From: Pirellulales bacterium
GTDB lineage: Bacteria > Planctomycetota > Planctomycetia > Pirellulales > JADZDJ01
DNA length: 64,000 nucleotides
NCBI GenBank assembly: GCA_963773875.1
Contig: CAVZCV010000020.1
Location: 294,818-358,817 of the forward strand
Reading direction: 5' to 3'
A program made the translations under genes and the position numbers. Shown one piece after another: positions 10,249 through 20,996 of this stretch. The notes under the pieces were generated by a model. The model did not search any database. It had not been told where the DNA came from and saw only the letters and a program-made list of their open reading frames with translations. Within the stretch, counting starts at the first letter, position 1, and the number at the start of each line of letters is the position of its first letter.

Positions 10249-11192
10249 GATCGGTTCCGAAAATGGGCGAGTCACCTGTATAGATGTACAGATCGCTGTT
10301 GGTCAATTGGATGTGTTCCAGCGGATCTCTCGTCACAAACCTCCCCAGCTGCGGCTGGTAGTACCGCATGCGGTACAGGTACAGCCCCGTGAGTGCATCG
10401 TACCGTTGTCCGGTGAACAGGGTTTCCCAGTCGAAGCGGTTGCTGCTGGGGTCGAAGGCGTCGTCGAGGAACAGCGGGACGCCGTAGGCGGAGTAGGCGA
10501 TGCGCTGCTCCAGCGAACCGGCCGGGTTCACCAGCGCCACCACGTTCCAGTTGGCGTCTTGCAGGGAGTACAGCGTGCCGGTGAACGCGACCGAGGAGCT
10601 CGATGGCGAGGCCAGCGAGCTGCTGCTGGAGCTGGGGATGGCGGCCTCGCGGCGCAGCAGGTCGTCGATGTACCGCAGGCCCCAGAGGTACCGCCGGTCG
10701 GGCGTTTTGGCGTCGTTCAGGTTCTCTTCCAGCACCTGCCACTGGTCGGAGTAATAATAGTGCCGCACGCCGGACGACGGCTCGGCGAAGGTGGTCCGCC
10801 GGCCCAGGCCATCGTAGCGCAGCGTGGCCACGCTCGTGCTGCCGTCTTTCAGCTCGACCAGCCGGTTCCAGGCGTCGTACTTGGCGGTGTAGCTGGAGGT
10901 GATGCGCCAAGGGCTGCGGGAAGCTGGTGCTGTTGCCCGCCCGATCGTAGGCCGGCGTGGTCCAGGTGGGACCCAGCGTGGCCGCGATGTTGGTGATCTC
11001 ATTGGCCGTGTTGTGGTCGCGCTGCTGATCCAAATTCCCGACCTCGACAAACTCCTTCCAGTTGCCGGTGGCGTCGAGCGTCCAGTCTTGCTCCAGCGAC
11101 TGGCTGCTGACGCCCGTGTGTCCGCTGTTGAGCGTGCCGCGCTGCATGGTCGCCAGGCGGTCGGCCGTGTCGTAGGTGTACAGCTCGTCGAA
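10249..11192 (-). pseudogene. RHS repeat-associated core fragment (no N-terminus; frameshift near 10910; cut by IS3)
   Basis: YD repeats (YDAWNRL, YDGLGRR), YSAYG, FTGQRYD..TGLYLYRMRYY..LGRFVTRDP and PIFGTDP; visibly higher GC than flanks. Confidence 0.9.
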
Positions 11193-11409
11193 GGTTTTTC
11201 GGGAATCAAGAACCGGGTTTCACCGATGGCGGCGCTTTCGGACGTCAGCAGGACGATTCCGCATCGGGCGGGCAAGTCGGCGCGCACGGGCCGCTTGAGA
11301 ATACTGGCGGCACGATTCAGCGGCCGGTGTATCCATCCGGCAAAGCACCGAGTGAAAGTCCATCGCCGAAAGAGCCCAAAGATTAGAGATGCTTGCCTGG
11401 CGCTGAACG

Positions 11410-11452
11410 AAAAAAAAGGCCGGAGACAACTCGCAGGTGGTTGTCACCGGCC
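11410..11452 (-). terminator. Putative intrinsic terminator downstream of the MATE gene
   Basis: GGCCGG-GACAAC...GTTGTC-CCGGCC hairpin followed by T8 on the minus strand. Confidence 0.65.
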
Positions 11453-11701
11453 CGTGTGCTAATCGGATTCCAGCTGCAATTGATTGAAGCGGCAGATCGC
11501 CAGTAATTGTTGTCAGCGAATCTTTGTTAGCTCTATGGTATTAAGCGGAAAGTGCCGGAAATTGTTACTCCCGTTGCGAATTATCTTTGCATAAAAGCAC
11601 AAAACCCTGTGGCGATGATTGCGAACTTCTGCACCGGCCGGGGCTTTGTAGGCCGGAGGAGTCGGACCGGCCGGCGTAATGCTGCCGCAGCCGATTACGC
11701 A

Positions 11702-13141
11702 CTAGAACGGCAGACCTTCTTCCATGGCCATTTGCCGTTCGGCGCTGTCCTCCAACTGCACTTCGTCGAGCAAGCGACGGGTTTTCCAAGTGCCACGCAG
11801 AAAATAGATGCCGGTGATGACCGCCGAAACCACGATTGAAATGGCCACCGCCCACCATATGCCGTTGGCCCCCAGTGACGTGCGCGTCGACAGCATCCAG
11901 GCCAGCGGAAATCGGACGACGAACAGCGAGGCGATGGCCATGACCATGGGTGCAATGGTATCGCCCGCGCCGCGTAGCGTTCCGGTGAGCACCTGCTGCA
12001 GGCCGATGAAACCGAAACTGAGTGCAATAACGTGAATGAAAGTTGCGCTTTCGTCGATGGCAGGTCCCCCTTGCGGCATGAGAAACTCCGAAAGTCTCCA
12101 GCCGACAAAAAACAGCACGATGCCTGCCCCCAGCAACGACGAGAAACTGATCAGACAACTAATGCGATTGGTGCGCTCTGCGCGATCGATGCGGCCCGCG
12201 CCAATATTCTGACCGACAAGCGCCGACGTGGCGATGGATAAACCCATGGCCGGAACGATGACGCAGCTAAGCACGCGCGTGCCGACGCCGTAGGCGGCCA
12301 CCGGATCGGTGCCGAATGAGGCCACGAGCATCATCATGATGGTCATGCCCATGGCCTGCGTACCCTGTTCAATGCTGGAGGGCGCACCGATGCGCAAGAT
12401 TGTCCAGAGCAATTTGAAATCTGGTTTGAAATCGCGCCAGCGCACATGCACGCCGGCGGTCCCGCGGAGCAGCAAGAACAATCCGACGGCCATTGCCAGA
12501 GCTTGCGTGCACAGCGTGGCCATGGCGGCGCCGGAAACACCCATCGCCGGCACGGGCCCAAATCCGAAGATAAAAAACGGATCGAGCAGAAAATTGAGCA
12601 GCACCGTCAACAGTACGATGAACATTGGCGGGTACACAATGCCGACGCCGCGCATCAGTGCCTGATACGCAAAGAATCCGAACACGAAGATGAAGCCCAG
12701 AAACGTGACGCGCAAAAAGGCCACGGCGCTGGGATACACATCGTCGGCAGCGCCCATGAATTTCATGATCGGGCCGGAGAGCGCAAACCCGCCGATGGCG
12801 AACACGAGCGAAATCGCGAAACACAACAGCAGCGTTTGGGCGGCAACGTGATTCACCGCCTCTTCATCGCCACGTCCGCGAAATTGCGCAATCAGCACCG
12901 TACCGGCCACTGGCAATCCGCCGCCCAACGAGACGCACAGGAAAGCGATTGGAAAGGACAGCGAAACCGCGGCCACGGCCTGGGCGCTAATCCGGCCGAC
13001 CCAAAACGTATCGGTTAGCTGATAGCCGACTTGCAGGATGTTTGCCAGGATGATTGGCACCGATAGTCGCAGCAGCGCGATCCAAATCGGTCCTTCGGTC
13101 AGCGCGGGGCGATTTCGCGATGTCTTTCGCTGACTGGCCAT
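11702..13141 (-). CDS. MATE-family efflux transporter
   Basis: LTEGPI, DTFWVGR, GQNIGAG and LRGAGDT motifs; about 12 hydrophobic segments. Confidence 0.95.
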   Translation of the reverse strand: MASQRKTSRNRPALTEGPIWIALLRLSVPIILANILQVGYQLTDTFWVGRISAQAVAAVSLSFPIAFLCVSLGGGLPVAGTVLIAQFRGRGDEEAVNHVAAQTLLLCFAISLVFAIGGFALSGPIMKFMGAADDVYPSAVAFLRVTFLGFIFVFGFFAYQALMRGVGIVYPPMFIVLLTVLLNFLLDPFFIFGFGPVPAMGVSGAAMATLCTQALAMAVGLFLLLRGTAGVHVRWRDFKPDFKLLWTILRIGAPSSIEQGTQAMGMTIMMMLVASFGTDPVAAYGVGTRVLSCVIVPAMGLSIATSALVGQNIGAGRIDRAERTNRISCLISFSSLLGAGIVLFFVGWRLSEFLMPQGGPAIDESATFIHVIALSFGFIGLQQVLTGTLRGAGDTIAPMVMAIASLFVVRFPLAWMLSTRTSLGANGIWWAVAISIVVSAVITGIYFLRGTWKTRRLLDEVQLEDSAERQMAMEEGLPF

Positions 13142-13168
13142 GAATTCCGATTGACGATCCTTGTCAGA

Positions 13169-14257
13169 TTAGTTCGGCAACACGCTGGCGGCATCGATCT
13201 CCAGCGCTGCGCCAAAATGCCGGCGTGCTTGCGATTCGCACAGCAACTTGCCGCGCGCGAGGCTGCCGTTGATCACTTTCACATGAAAATAAACCGGCAG
13301 CGTCAGGCAAACGAGATTTGCCAGGCGAAAATGCCGCAGGGCATCGTCATACGAATAATTGGCAACTCCATTTTCGATGAGCGTCTCGTGCCAGGTGCCG
13401 AGCACTTTGAATGGATGGCCCCGCCGCTCGGCGGCCAGTTCGCTCCCGCCCTGGATGCTGGCCATGTCGTAAGCGCCCATGCCGCGAATCGCGAGTTGCC
13501 AATCGACAATTAGCACTTCTTCCGGCGTATTTGGCGGGCCAAACAGCAAATTATCTTCGCGCAAATCGCAGTGCACGATGGTGGGCGGCGCCGCGCTCAT
13601 TTGATCAATGATCCACTCGAAATGCTCCGCCACGCGCCGACCAAGCAGCATGTGCTCAGGACCGAGCCATTGATGGCAGTGCTCCACAAACGAGGGCCAG
13701 TGATCTTTGAAATGCATCCAAAGCTGCCAGCTGTTCGGCATCCAATTTAACTCATGGAGTGCCGCGTTGTTCCAGAACTGCGCTTGCAGACGACCCATGA
13801 TGCGCGCGGCGGTGAGCACTTGCCGTTCGTGCATGCCAGCCAGTTGATCGCCGGGCGTGCAATACCCCAGATCTTCCATGACGATGGCAAATTCGGGCGG
13901 CTCGGCGAGCGTATAATAGATCTTTGGCAAGCGAACCGGCACGTGCCCGGAAACTTCGCGATAGAAACGGATCTCGCGCTCGAACGCATGAAACTCTTGC
14001 CCTAAGCGCCGAAATTCTTCGCGTTCCGGTTCGATTTTTACGACGACCGATGCCGGCGCTCCGTTTTTCGCGACTGCGGGCTTATCGTACGTCAGCCTGA
14101 CCCGTGCAACGCTGCTAAGATATCCGACGCCTTCGCCGATGACGGTGGACTCGACGCCGGTGACATGCGCATCGGTAATTGCGCCGCCGTTATGCAAGAT
14201 TTCGTCGAGCCAGCCGGCGGAGATTTCATTGACGTGCCCTGGGTTCGCAATCGGCAT
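13169..14257 (-). CDS. APH/choline-kinase-like phosphotransferase (ecdysteroid-kinase-like)
   Basis: GEGVGYLS, VVVK, REIRFY, HCDLREDNLLF and IVDWQ motifs. Confidence 0.88.
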   Translation of the reverse strand: MPIANPGHVNEISAGWLDEILHNGGAITDAHVTGVESTVIGEGVGYLSSVARVRLTYDKPAVAKNGAPASVVVKIEPEREEFRRLGQEFHAFEREIRFYREVSGHVPVRLPKIYYTLAEPPEFAIVMEDLGYCTPGDQLAGMHERQVLTAARIMGRLQAQFWNNAALHELNWMPNSWQLWMHFKDHWPSFVEHCHQWLGPEHMLLGRRVAEHFEWIIDQMSAAPPTIVHCDLREDNLLFGPPNTPEEVLIVDWQLAIRGMGAYDMASIQGGSELAAERRGHPFKVLGTWHETLIENGVANYSYDDALRHFRLANLVCLTLPVYFHVKVINGSLARGKLLCESQARRHFGAALEIDAASVLPN

Positions 14258-15261
14258 TACTGCAACCCTCGGAACACCTGCTGGTAGAGCTGATTTTTTT
14301 TCGAGGTCATCGGGCCGGGCGTTTTGTCATCGCGGAGGGCACTGTAAAGCATCGCATATTTGGCGTCCAGGTCGTCGGCGTAGTGAACGATCATCGCCTC
14401 GGGCGTCATCGGAATTTTTGGTGCGCCCGATTCCAGACGGCCTTGATGCGCTACGATAATATGCTCGAGTCGCAGCAAAGTTTCCGGCGGTAAATTTCGC
14501 TCGCTCAACTTTTCGCGGACAATATCGCGGCCCTGCAACATGTGACCGATGAGCGCGCCTTCGGCGGTGTATGCAGCGCCGGCGGCGCCGTGATCGTACT
14601 CGCGCAGTTTGCCGATATCGTGCAGAATGGCGCCGGCAACGAGCACGCCTTTATCGAGTCGCGGTTGCATGTCGGGATAATAATCGTCGTATTTGTCGGC
14701 CAGGTGCACACTCGTGCGAGTAACACTTAACGTGTGTTCCAGCCAGCCGCCGATATACGCGTGATGATTTTTTCGTGCCGCCGGCAGTGTCAGCAGCTCG
14801 TCGCGGTTGGCTTGCAGAATGTCGATCACTAGCCGGCGCAGTTCTTTCTCTGTGATGCGCTCCTTGGCGATGGCGACCAGCTCGTCGAACATTTTCGTCG
14901 AGTCGAACCGCGATTTTGGTTGGCACATCAACGGGTCAAAGCCCTCGGCCGCATCGCCGTCGATCACCGCGCGAATTTTTTTGATTTCCAGCTGCGGGCC
15001 AAAGTTCGTTTCGCGGTATGTAGCCCGCATTTTAAAGAACTTGCCGATCTCCCACGTGGTACGGCAATCGGCAGCCCAGGCGGAATCGTTCCAAATCGGG
15101 AAATTGACTTCGCGTGTGGCATCGCGAAACGTAACTTTGAAATACGGCTTGCCGTCGCGCGTGGTCAGTTCTTCTTTGCCGGAAAGGAGCGCGAAGAACT
15201 CGCCTTCCTCGCCATGTGCGAGTTCTGCCAAAGTACCAAGCGGAAATAGTCTTGCGGGCAT
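14257..15261 (-). CDS. yhaM: YhaM/Cbf1-like OB-fold + HD-domain 3'-5' exoribonuclease
   Basis: TRDGKPYF OB-fold start, PAARKNHHAYIGGWLEH, LHDIGK, LIGH, HIIVAHQG and HYADDLDA; likely start MPARLF at 15261. Confidence 0.85.
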   Translation of the reverse strand: MPARLFPLGTLAELAHGEEGEFFALLSGKEELTTRDGKPYFKVTFRDATREVNFPIWNDSAWAADCRTTWEIGKFFKMRATYRETNFGPQLEIKKIRAVIDGDAAEGFDPLMCQPKSRFDSTKMFDELVAIAKERITEKELRRLVIDILQANRDELLTLPAARKNHHAYIGGWLEHTLSVTRTSVHLADKYDDYYPDMQPRLDKGVLVAGAILHDIGKLREYDHGAAGAAYTAEGALIGHMLQGRDIVREKLSERNLPPETLLRLEHIIVAHQGRLESGAPKIPMTPEAMIVHYADDLDAKYAMLYSALRDDKTPGPMTSKKNQLYQQVFRGLQ

Positions 15262-15527
15262 TCTTGAGAATCGTGTCTTTAGTGTTGAACTTTGTGGGTA
15301 CCAATCCCAAGGGGTGCGGCACCATTGCCGCAATAGTCCCTGGGCATTGGGCGCAGAGCCGGCGCCGCTACAACCGCTATGCGCCGTCAAAACCGCCATC
15401 ATAACGGATCGCTTTACGCGGGACCACGGGCCGAACGTCGATGTGCTGAATTCGCAAGTCTGCACTGCCGATGCGCTCCAGTGGCGTCTTTGAAAACGCG
15501 ATCGTCCGACCGGTACTGTCGGACTGA

Positions 15528-16485
15528 ATGGTGGAACAGCAAATGTCGACGGCGAAACGACGCATTGATGCGAAGCGGCCCATTGCCGCAGGCAATCCAG
15601 CCAAACGCTGGATCGAGATGTTCCTCGATTACAGCCGCAGCGAGTGCCATCTGTCCGACAATACGGTGGCGGCGTACCGCCGCGATCTGGCAAAGTTTGC
15701 AATTTGGTTAGGCCAGCGAAAAATTCAGGACCTCAACATTCGAGATTTGGCCGATTATCCCGCTTGGCTCAACGCCCGCGGACTCAGCGCCGGCGAGCGT
15801 AGCGCGGCACCTGGTATCGCTCAAGGTTTTCTTTCGCTACCTGCAATTGGAAGCGGTGCTGAAAGAAAATCTGGCAGAGTTGCTGGGCAGCCAGAAACTA
15901 TGGCAGCGCGTGCCGAATGTGCTTTCACCAGAGCTCGTCGACAAGCTCATTGAGGCTCCACAGCCGTACGATCCGCTCTGGCGACGCGATCGAGCGCTGC
16001 TCGAATTGCTTTATGCCACGGGCTGCCGAGCTTCGGAAGTTTCCAACATGCGACAAGGCGATGTGCATCTAACGCAGGGATTTTGCCTGGCTCGCGGCAA
16101 AGGCGATAAGGAGCGACTTGTGCCATTGGGCCGCCGCGCAATTGACGCTGTGGAAGAATATCTGAGCAACGAGCGTCCCAAGCTTGCGGAGCAATCGCAA
16201 GTTCCACCGCGTTGGTTGCTGCTATCACGCCGCGGCCGTCGGTTGCGGCGCGAGCGAATTTGGGAACTTGTGAAGCAGTATGCGCTTCGAGCCGGCGCGC
16301 CATCATCGATGGGACCACACACGTTGCGGCACAGTTTCGCCACGCATCTGTTAGCGGGTGGCGCCGATTTGCGGCAAGTGCAAGAAATGCTCGGCCACGC
16401 CAGCATCCGCACCACGCAGATTTACACCCACGTCGATCCGTCGCGGCTGAAGAAAATTCACCAGCAGTTCCATCCGCGTGGGTGA
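15528..16485 (+). CDS. xerD: Tyrosine recombinase XerD (frameshift near 15790)
   Basis: NTVAAYRRDL, LYATGCRASE, GKGDKERLVP, HTLRHSFATH and LGHASIRTTQIYTH..FHPR. Confidence 0.9.
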
Positions 16486-16539
16486 GTACTCATCGTCTCC
16501 GCCGTTGGAAACTTAACGACCTAGCTCAGCAGCGCAGGG

Positions 16540-17265
16540 TTAAGTCTGGTCAAACGTTTCCTTGATCACTCCGGCCAGGTCGCTGAGCAGCCGTTCGCCC
16601 GGGCCAATGTACGACGACCCGTGCATGACGGCCAGTGTCTGGGGTTTCAGTTCGGCCAGCGAGTGCAGGACGCCTTCGGTCTGGCGCGTGTAAGGCATGT
16701 AGCCGGCCAAAGGGCCTTGCTGCAATTGTTGCATCGCATTGCGCGTGGGCTCGATTAGATCGGACGCGGTGACCGGTTCGACATTGCCGAAGTGATGAAA
16801 GAGATCGGAACAAAACAGCGTCTGGCGTGTCTCTTCGAACAACACGCCTGCGTCCCACCCATGCGGAATATGCGGCGATCGATAGAACCGGTAGCGATAC
16901 TTGCCTGTGTTCAATGTATCTTCGGGCGTCATGCCGCGCGCGGGGCGGATCGAGAAATCGTCGACACTCACAAGCTTGCCGACCAGGGTGCAGACAGGTT
17001 CTGCCTGCGGGGCGAGTTGCAACCAATCGTTGAGAGCGCCACATTCGTCCGATTCAAAGTGACTCCAAGCGATGTACCGCAGTTTGGCGAGATCAATCAG
17101 CTTGCCGACGGCGTCGAGCAGGGCGGGAAACATGGCCTTCAACCCCGCGTGAAACAGCAGCGGCTCGTCGTCGCGCACAAGAAAATGATTGAACTGCATG
17201 TCCAATTCCGGAACGTAAACCGAGAGCCGGAACAGGTCGGGAGCGATTTCGTCGATGGCGGTCAT
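16540..17265 (-). CDS. MBL-fold protein of the flavodiiron N-terminal/ODP-like type
   Basis: [24 protein letters not shown] and MHGS motifs; no flavodoxin domain. Confidence 0.8.
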   Translation of the reverse strand: MTAIDEIAPDLFRLSVYVPELDMQFNHFLVRDDEPLLFHAGLKAMFPALLDAVGKLIDLAKLRYIAWSHFESDECGALNDWLQLAPQAEPVCTLVGKLVSVDDFSIRPARGMTPEDTLNTGKYRYRFYRSPHIPHGWDAGVLFEETRQTLFCSDLFHHFGNVEPVTASDLIEPTRNAMQQLQQGPLAGYMPYTRQTEGVLHSLAELKPQTLAVMHGSSYIGPGERLLSDLAGVIKETFDQT

Positions 17266-17361
17266 GCATCAGAAGTTACCAAGTCTGGATGATCTTGAAA
17301 ACTTCGCAGTAAAGTTGTGCGAGTCAACCGAATGACGCAACTCGGCCGCCCGGGCCAGCAT

Positions 17362-18547
17362 TCATGCCGTTTCGGGCGCTGACCCATCGTCGAGATTCAT
17401 GCACGCCCAGAGCGTGTCGGCAATTTCCGTGGGGCCGCGGCGTCGGGCCAACACGAAGTGGGCAACGGCAATCACCATTGATGCAGCAGCGATGGGTAGC
17501 AGGGCGTCGACGACGCGCTGAACGTCCCAAGTCGCAATCCCAATAAATGCCAATGCCGCAGTGAAAAACGAGACGCCGATCAGGATGCCAAACAGGACGG
17601 CTTTCGGTTTCGATTTACTTGCCCATGTGGGGCCGTGAATCGCATCGCGCATTCTGTAATAGAACAGTCCGAGCAGAAATTGGGCCAGCGGCGTCAGCAC
17701 CAGAAACGCGATTGGCCCCCGCACAATCGTCCCAATGTTGCCGTGGAAGCCAGCGAAGGCGAAGGTTCCGGCTGCAATTACGGCGCAGGCGACGGCTAAG
17801 ATCGAAAACGATTGGATTGCCTGGCGGACCATGTAACGGGCCGCCGATTCAGGCGCACGCCAACCGAACCAGCGCTCAACGAAGTACTGGCGACGCTCAG
17901 CGGTCGATAACGAAGTTTCCAATTCATGTGCCAGTTCCCCGGGATCGCCGAACCGCACAATTGCGGCGGCCATGGCGGTTGCAGGGTCACTCGCCCGCTG
18001 TTTTTCTTCGTCGTAAATCGTCGTCAGATGAGCGAGCAACTCCTCGCGTGTTTTTCGCTTCCACGGAGTGCCGGCATGCACCGGGCGGACGGCGCGCTCC
18101 ACCGTTTTCATCAGCTCGATTCGAGTGCGAAACACCTCATGCACCAAATTGCCGAGTTGCAAGCCAAGGTTTCGCAGGGCCTGCCCAGCGGCGCCATCGG
18201 GCTCACGGAGCAATCCCAGCAGCAAATGCTCGGGCCCAACGGCTTGTTCGTTCATCAATCGGATTTCGTCGCCAGCATATTCGAGGACGCGCTTGCGCAC
18301 GGCGTTAGCGGCAGTTTCGCAGCGGTCACGGGCTGCGCCCGCGCTGTACGAGCCGATCGATTTCGCGTCGCACTCGATCCGCATTTACGTTGAATGTTCG
18401 CAGCAAATCTGCAACCACGCCCGATTTCTCCGTGATGAGGGCGAGCAGGAGGTGCTCGGTGCCAATGTAATCGTAATTCATGGCCCGTGCCTCTGCTTCT
18501 GCCACGGCCATCACGCTGCGTGCTTGATCCGTCAAATTACGGAACAT
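17362..18547 (-). CDS. Clp N-terminal double-repeat domain fused to a PadR-associated (permease-prefix/HAAS-like) membrane protein; frameshift near 18340
   Basis: MFRNLTDQAR..YIGTEHLLLAL and VGPEHLLLGLL repeats; REELLAHL..AIVRFGDPGELAHEL; about 4 TM helices; no AAA+ Walker motifs. Confidence 0.8.
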
Positions 18548-18575
18548 GCGAGTCCTCCGAATTTCTAATGCCAAC

Positions 18576-18920
18576 TTACGCCGGAGCGGCGAGAATTCCT
18601 TCCAAAACCGAAACAAACGTTTTCCATTCGCCGCGCTGTTTGGCGAGTGCTTTCTTGCCTTTAACGGTTAACCGGTAAATCCTCCGCCGAGCGCCGCGGC
18701 GACCATGCGGTTCGGTTTCCCAATCCGATTGCACCTCGCCCGAGGCTTCCAATCGGTACAACGCCGGATAAAGCGAGCCTTCTTTGAGTCGCAGCAAACC
18801 GCACCCGGCGGATTCAAGCCGTTCCAGAATTTCGAGCCCATGAGCCTCTCCACGCTCAAGCGTCGAGAGCACCAAAGCTTCGAGGTGGCCACGCAATTTA
18901 TCGCCCATGATCGTTCCCAT
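18576..18920 (-). CDS. PadR-family transcriptional regulator
   Basis: LRGHLEALVL, HGLEI, EGSLYPALYRLE and RRIYRLTVKG..W motifs. Confidence 0.95.
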   Translation of the reverse strand: MGTIMGDKLRGHLEALVLSTLERGEAHGLEILERLESAGCGLLRLKEGSLYPALYRLEASGEVQSDWETEPHGRRGARRRIYRLTVKGKKALAKQRGEWKTFVSVLEGILAAPA

Positions 18921-18924
18921 GCGG

Positions 18925-18956
18925 TTATTTATAGACAGACTAAAGATAAATGTCAA
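18925..18956 (-). promoter_or_regulatory. Sigma70 promoter with overlapping imperfect palindrome (candidate PadR operator); probably leaderless transcript
   Basis: TTGACA-17 bp-TATAAA ending 7 nt before ATG 18920; TATcTtTAG-n5-CTAtAaATA dyad. Confidence 0.75.
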
Positions 18957-19049
18957 GCGGTGGATTGGCGAATTTGCGGGTGGGCGAGGCTGAGCACAGA
19001 TGACGCTGACTGATTCAGCCGTGGCTCGCTGCGGCAATCGATACCGCAC

Positions 19050-19097
19050 AAAAAAACCCCGACTTGGGCAGGAACAAGTCCTGCCCAAGTCAAAGGG
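19050..19097 (-). terminator. Intrinsic terminator after amt
   Basis: GACTTGGGCAGG/CCTGCCCAAGTC perfect stem plus T7 tract on the minus strand. Confidence 0.85.
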
Positions 19098-19179
19098 ACC
19101 TTCTGGCCAGGCGGTAGCCAGAATTACCAATCGAATTTCTGGCTGCACCGAACTGATTTAAAGTGCAATTCGAATCGGG

Positions 19180-20996
19180 TCACGCTCCGCCAGGCGCGGG
19201 AGCTAAAGCGTCTTCCGGATAGGCCAGGCCGCCGAACTCCGGAATGTCGAGGCCTTCGGTCTCCACTTCGGCGGACACTCGCATGCTCTTAATCGCGTTG
19301 ACGATTTTGAATACGATGAATGTCAGACCGAATGCCCACACAATATTGATGCCAGCGCCAAACAGCTGGCAGACAAACTGATTGGCGTTACCCCCTAGCA
19401 GGCCGGTGACGCCTTTCTCGATAGTATCCTTTGGCGCATCCGCAACGTTTGCGAAAGTTTTAAACGTTCCATCGGCCAACTTGAATAAGTGTGAACCATT
19501 CCAACCTGAGCCATATGTTCCGTCGGCGAAGATGCCCAAGCAAATGCCACCGAGCGTGCCGCAAAAGCCGTGCACGGAAATGGCGCCGCAAGGATCGTCA
19601 ACTTTCAGCACGCGTTCGTTGAACAACACACCCAGGCAGACCAGCACGCCGGCCAAGAGCCCGATGATGATGGAACTCGTAGCGTTGACAAACGCGCACG
19701 GCGCAGTAATGGCCACAAGACCAGCCAGCATGCCATTACAGGCCATCGACACGTCCGGCTTGCCGAACATGAAGTACCATAAGACCAGCGCAGCCGCGGA
19801 TCCAGCACAAGCTGCAAGGTTCGTATTCACGGCGATGCCGGAAATTCGCAAATCGGTGGCACCCAACGTGGAGCCAGGGTTAAAGCCCATCCAGCCGAAG
19901 AGCAGAATAAACGTGCCGGTGACCACAAACACGATATTATGGGCCGGGAACGCGCGCGGTTTCCCATCCTTCCCGTATTTACCCAAGCGCGGCCCCAAGA
20001 TGATGGCCAGCGCCATGGCGGCCCATCCGCCAACGCCGTGCACGACGGTGGACCCGGCAAAATCGCAATAACCATGCCCCAAACCCATTGTATTTCCCAA
20101 TTGCGACATCCAACCGCCGCCCCAGGTCCAGCAACCGAAGATCGGATACAGAATCGCGCCCATGAATATTTCGCACAACAGGAACGCGCCGAAAGTGATT
20201 CGTTCGCAGATTGCGCCGACGATGATATAGCCTGCGGTTTCCATGAACACGACTTCGAATAGCATCAGCGTGTTTACACTGGCATCGTAAGCCGGACCGG
20301 TGAGGAAAAATCCTTTACCGCCGAGCAGGCCGCCCCATTTATCATGCGACAGTAAAAAGGAATTCAGCGTGGGTGCCCCACCGATGTTCGCCGGTGCCAG
20401 GCGGTTCCACCAACACCGCCCCACTGAAACGCGAAACCAACCGCCCAATACGCCAGAAACGCGAAAACGTAGGCCGCAAAATTCAGCATCATCAAATGCG
20501 CGGCGTTCTTCTTTCGCACCAGACCGCAAGTGAGCAAAGCAAACCCCGCCTGCATGAACAGCACGAGATAGCCCGTGTTCAAAGTCCACGAGGTATTCGT
20601 GGCAATTTTCAGATGGCCCACCGAATCGGCCAGTTTCGTGGTCAGCGGTTCTTTGGCGGCTGCGGCCGTGTACTCGTCGAAATCGGCTTTCTTTTTGGCA
20701 TAGTCGGGATCCGTCTTATCGGTCGGTTCTGCCACGACGTACGAGTTGCCGCCGGCATCGGCCACCGAGGTCTTATCGCCGGTCGCCAAGCCCGAGGGAT
20801 CGGGTTGCGGCTCTGGAGGAGTTGTTGGAGTGGACGCCGCTGCATCGGGAGTCGTGGCCGCCGGTTTCTCGGTCGCGGCAGGAGGTGTTGATTCCGTTCC
20901 CTGCGAGTACACCCATTTGCACGCAAAGAAAGCCGCAATAATTGCGGCACACATCACACCGGTCCGCAAGTCGAACTTTGTCCGCCTGTCTAACAT
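19180..20996 (-). CDS. amtB: Ammonium transporter (Amt) with extended N-terminus; frameshift near 20400
   Basis: FMQAGFA, DFAGSTVVH, GPRLG, FGWMGFNPGS, NGMLAGLVAIT and DDPCGAISVHG (both conserved His present). Confidence 0.93.

Noticed and set aside
11193-11320. Possible IS end at the left boundary of the RHS fragment
   Set aside because: The junction is abrupt, but I found no partner inverted repeat or transposase sequence to support a call.
15262-15702. N-terminal extension of the yhaM ORF
   Set aside because: It overlaps xerD on the opposite strand and has no recognisable domain; the family-like sequence begins at 15261.
15528-16485. Tyrosine recombinase as an island or prophage integrase
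   Set aside because: Motifs and length match housekeeping XerD; no att repeats, tRNA or phage genes nearby.
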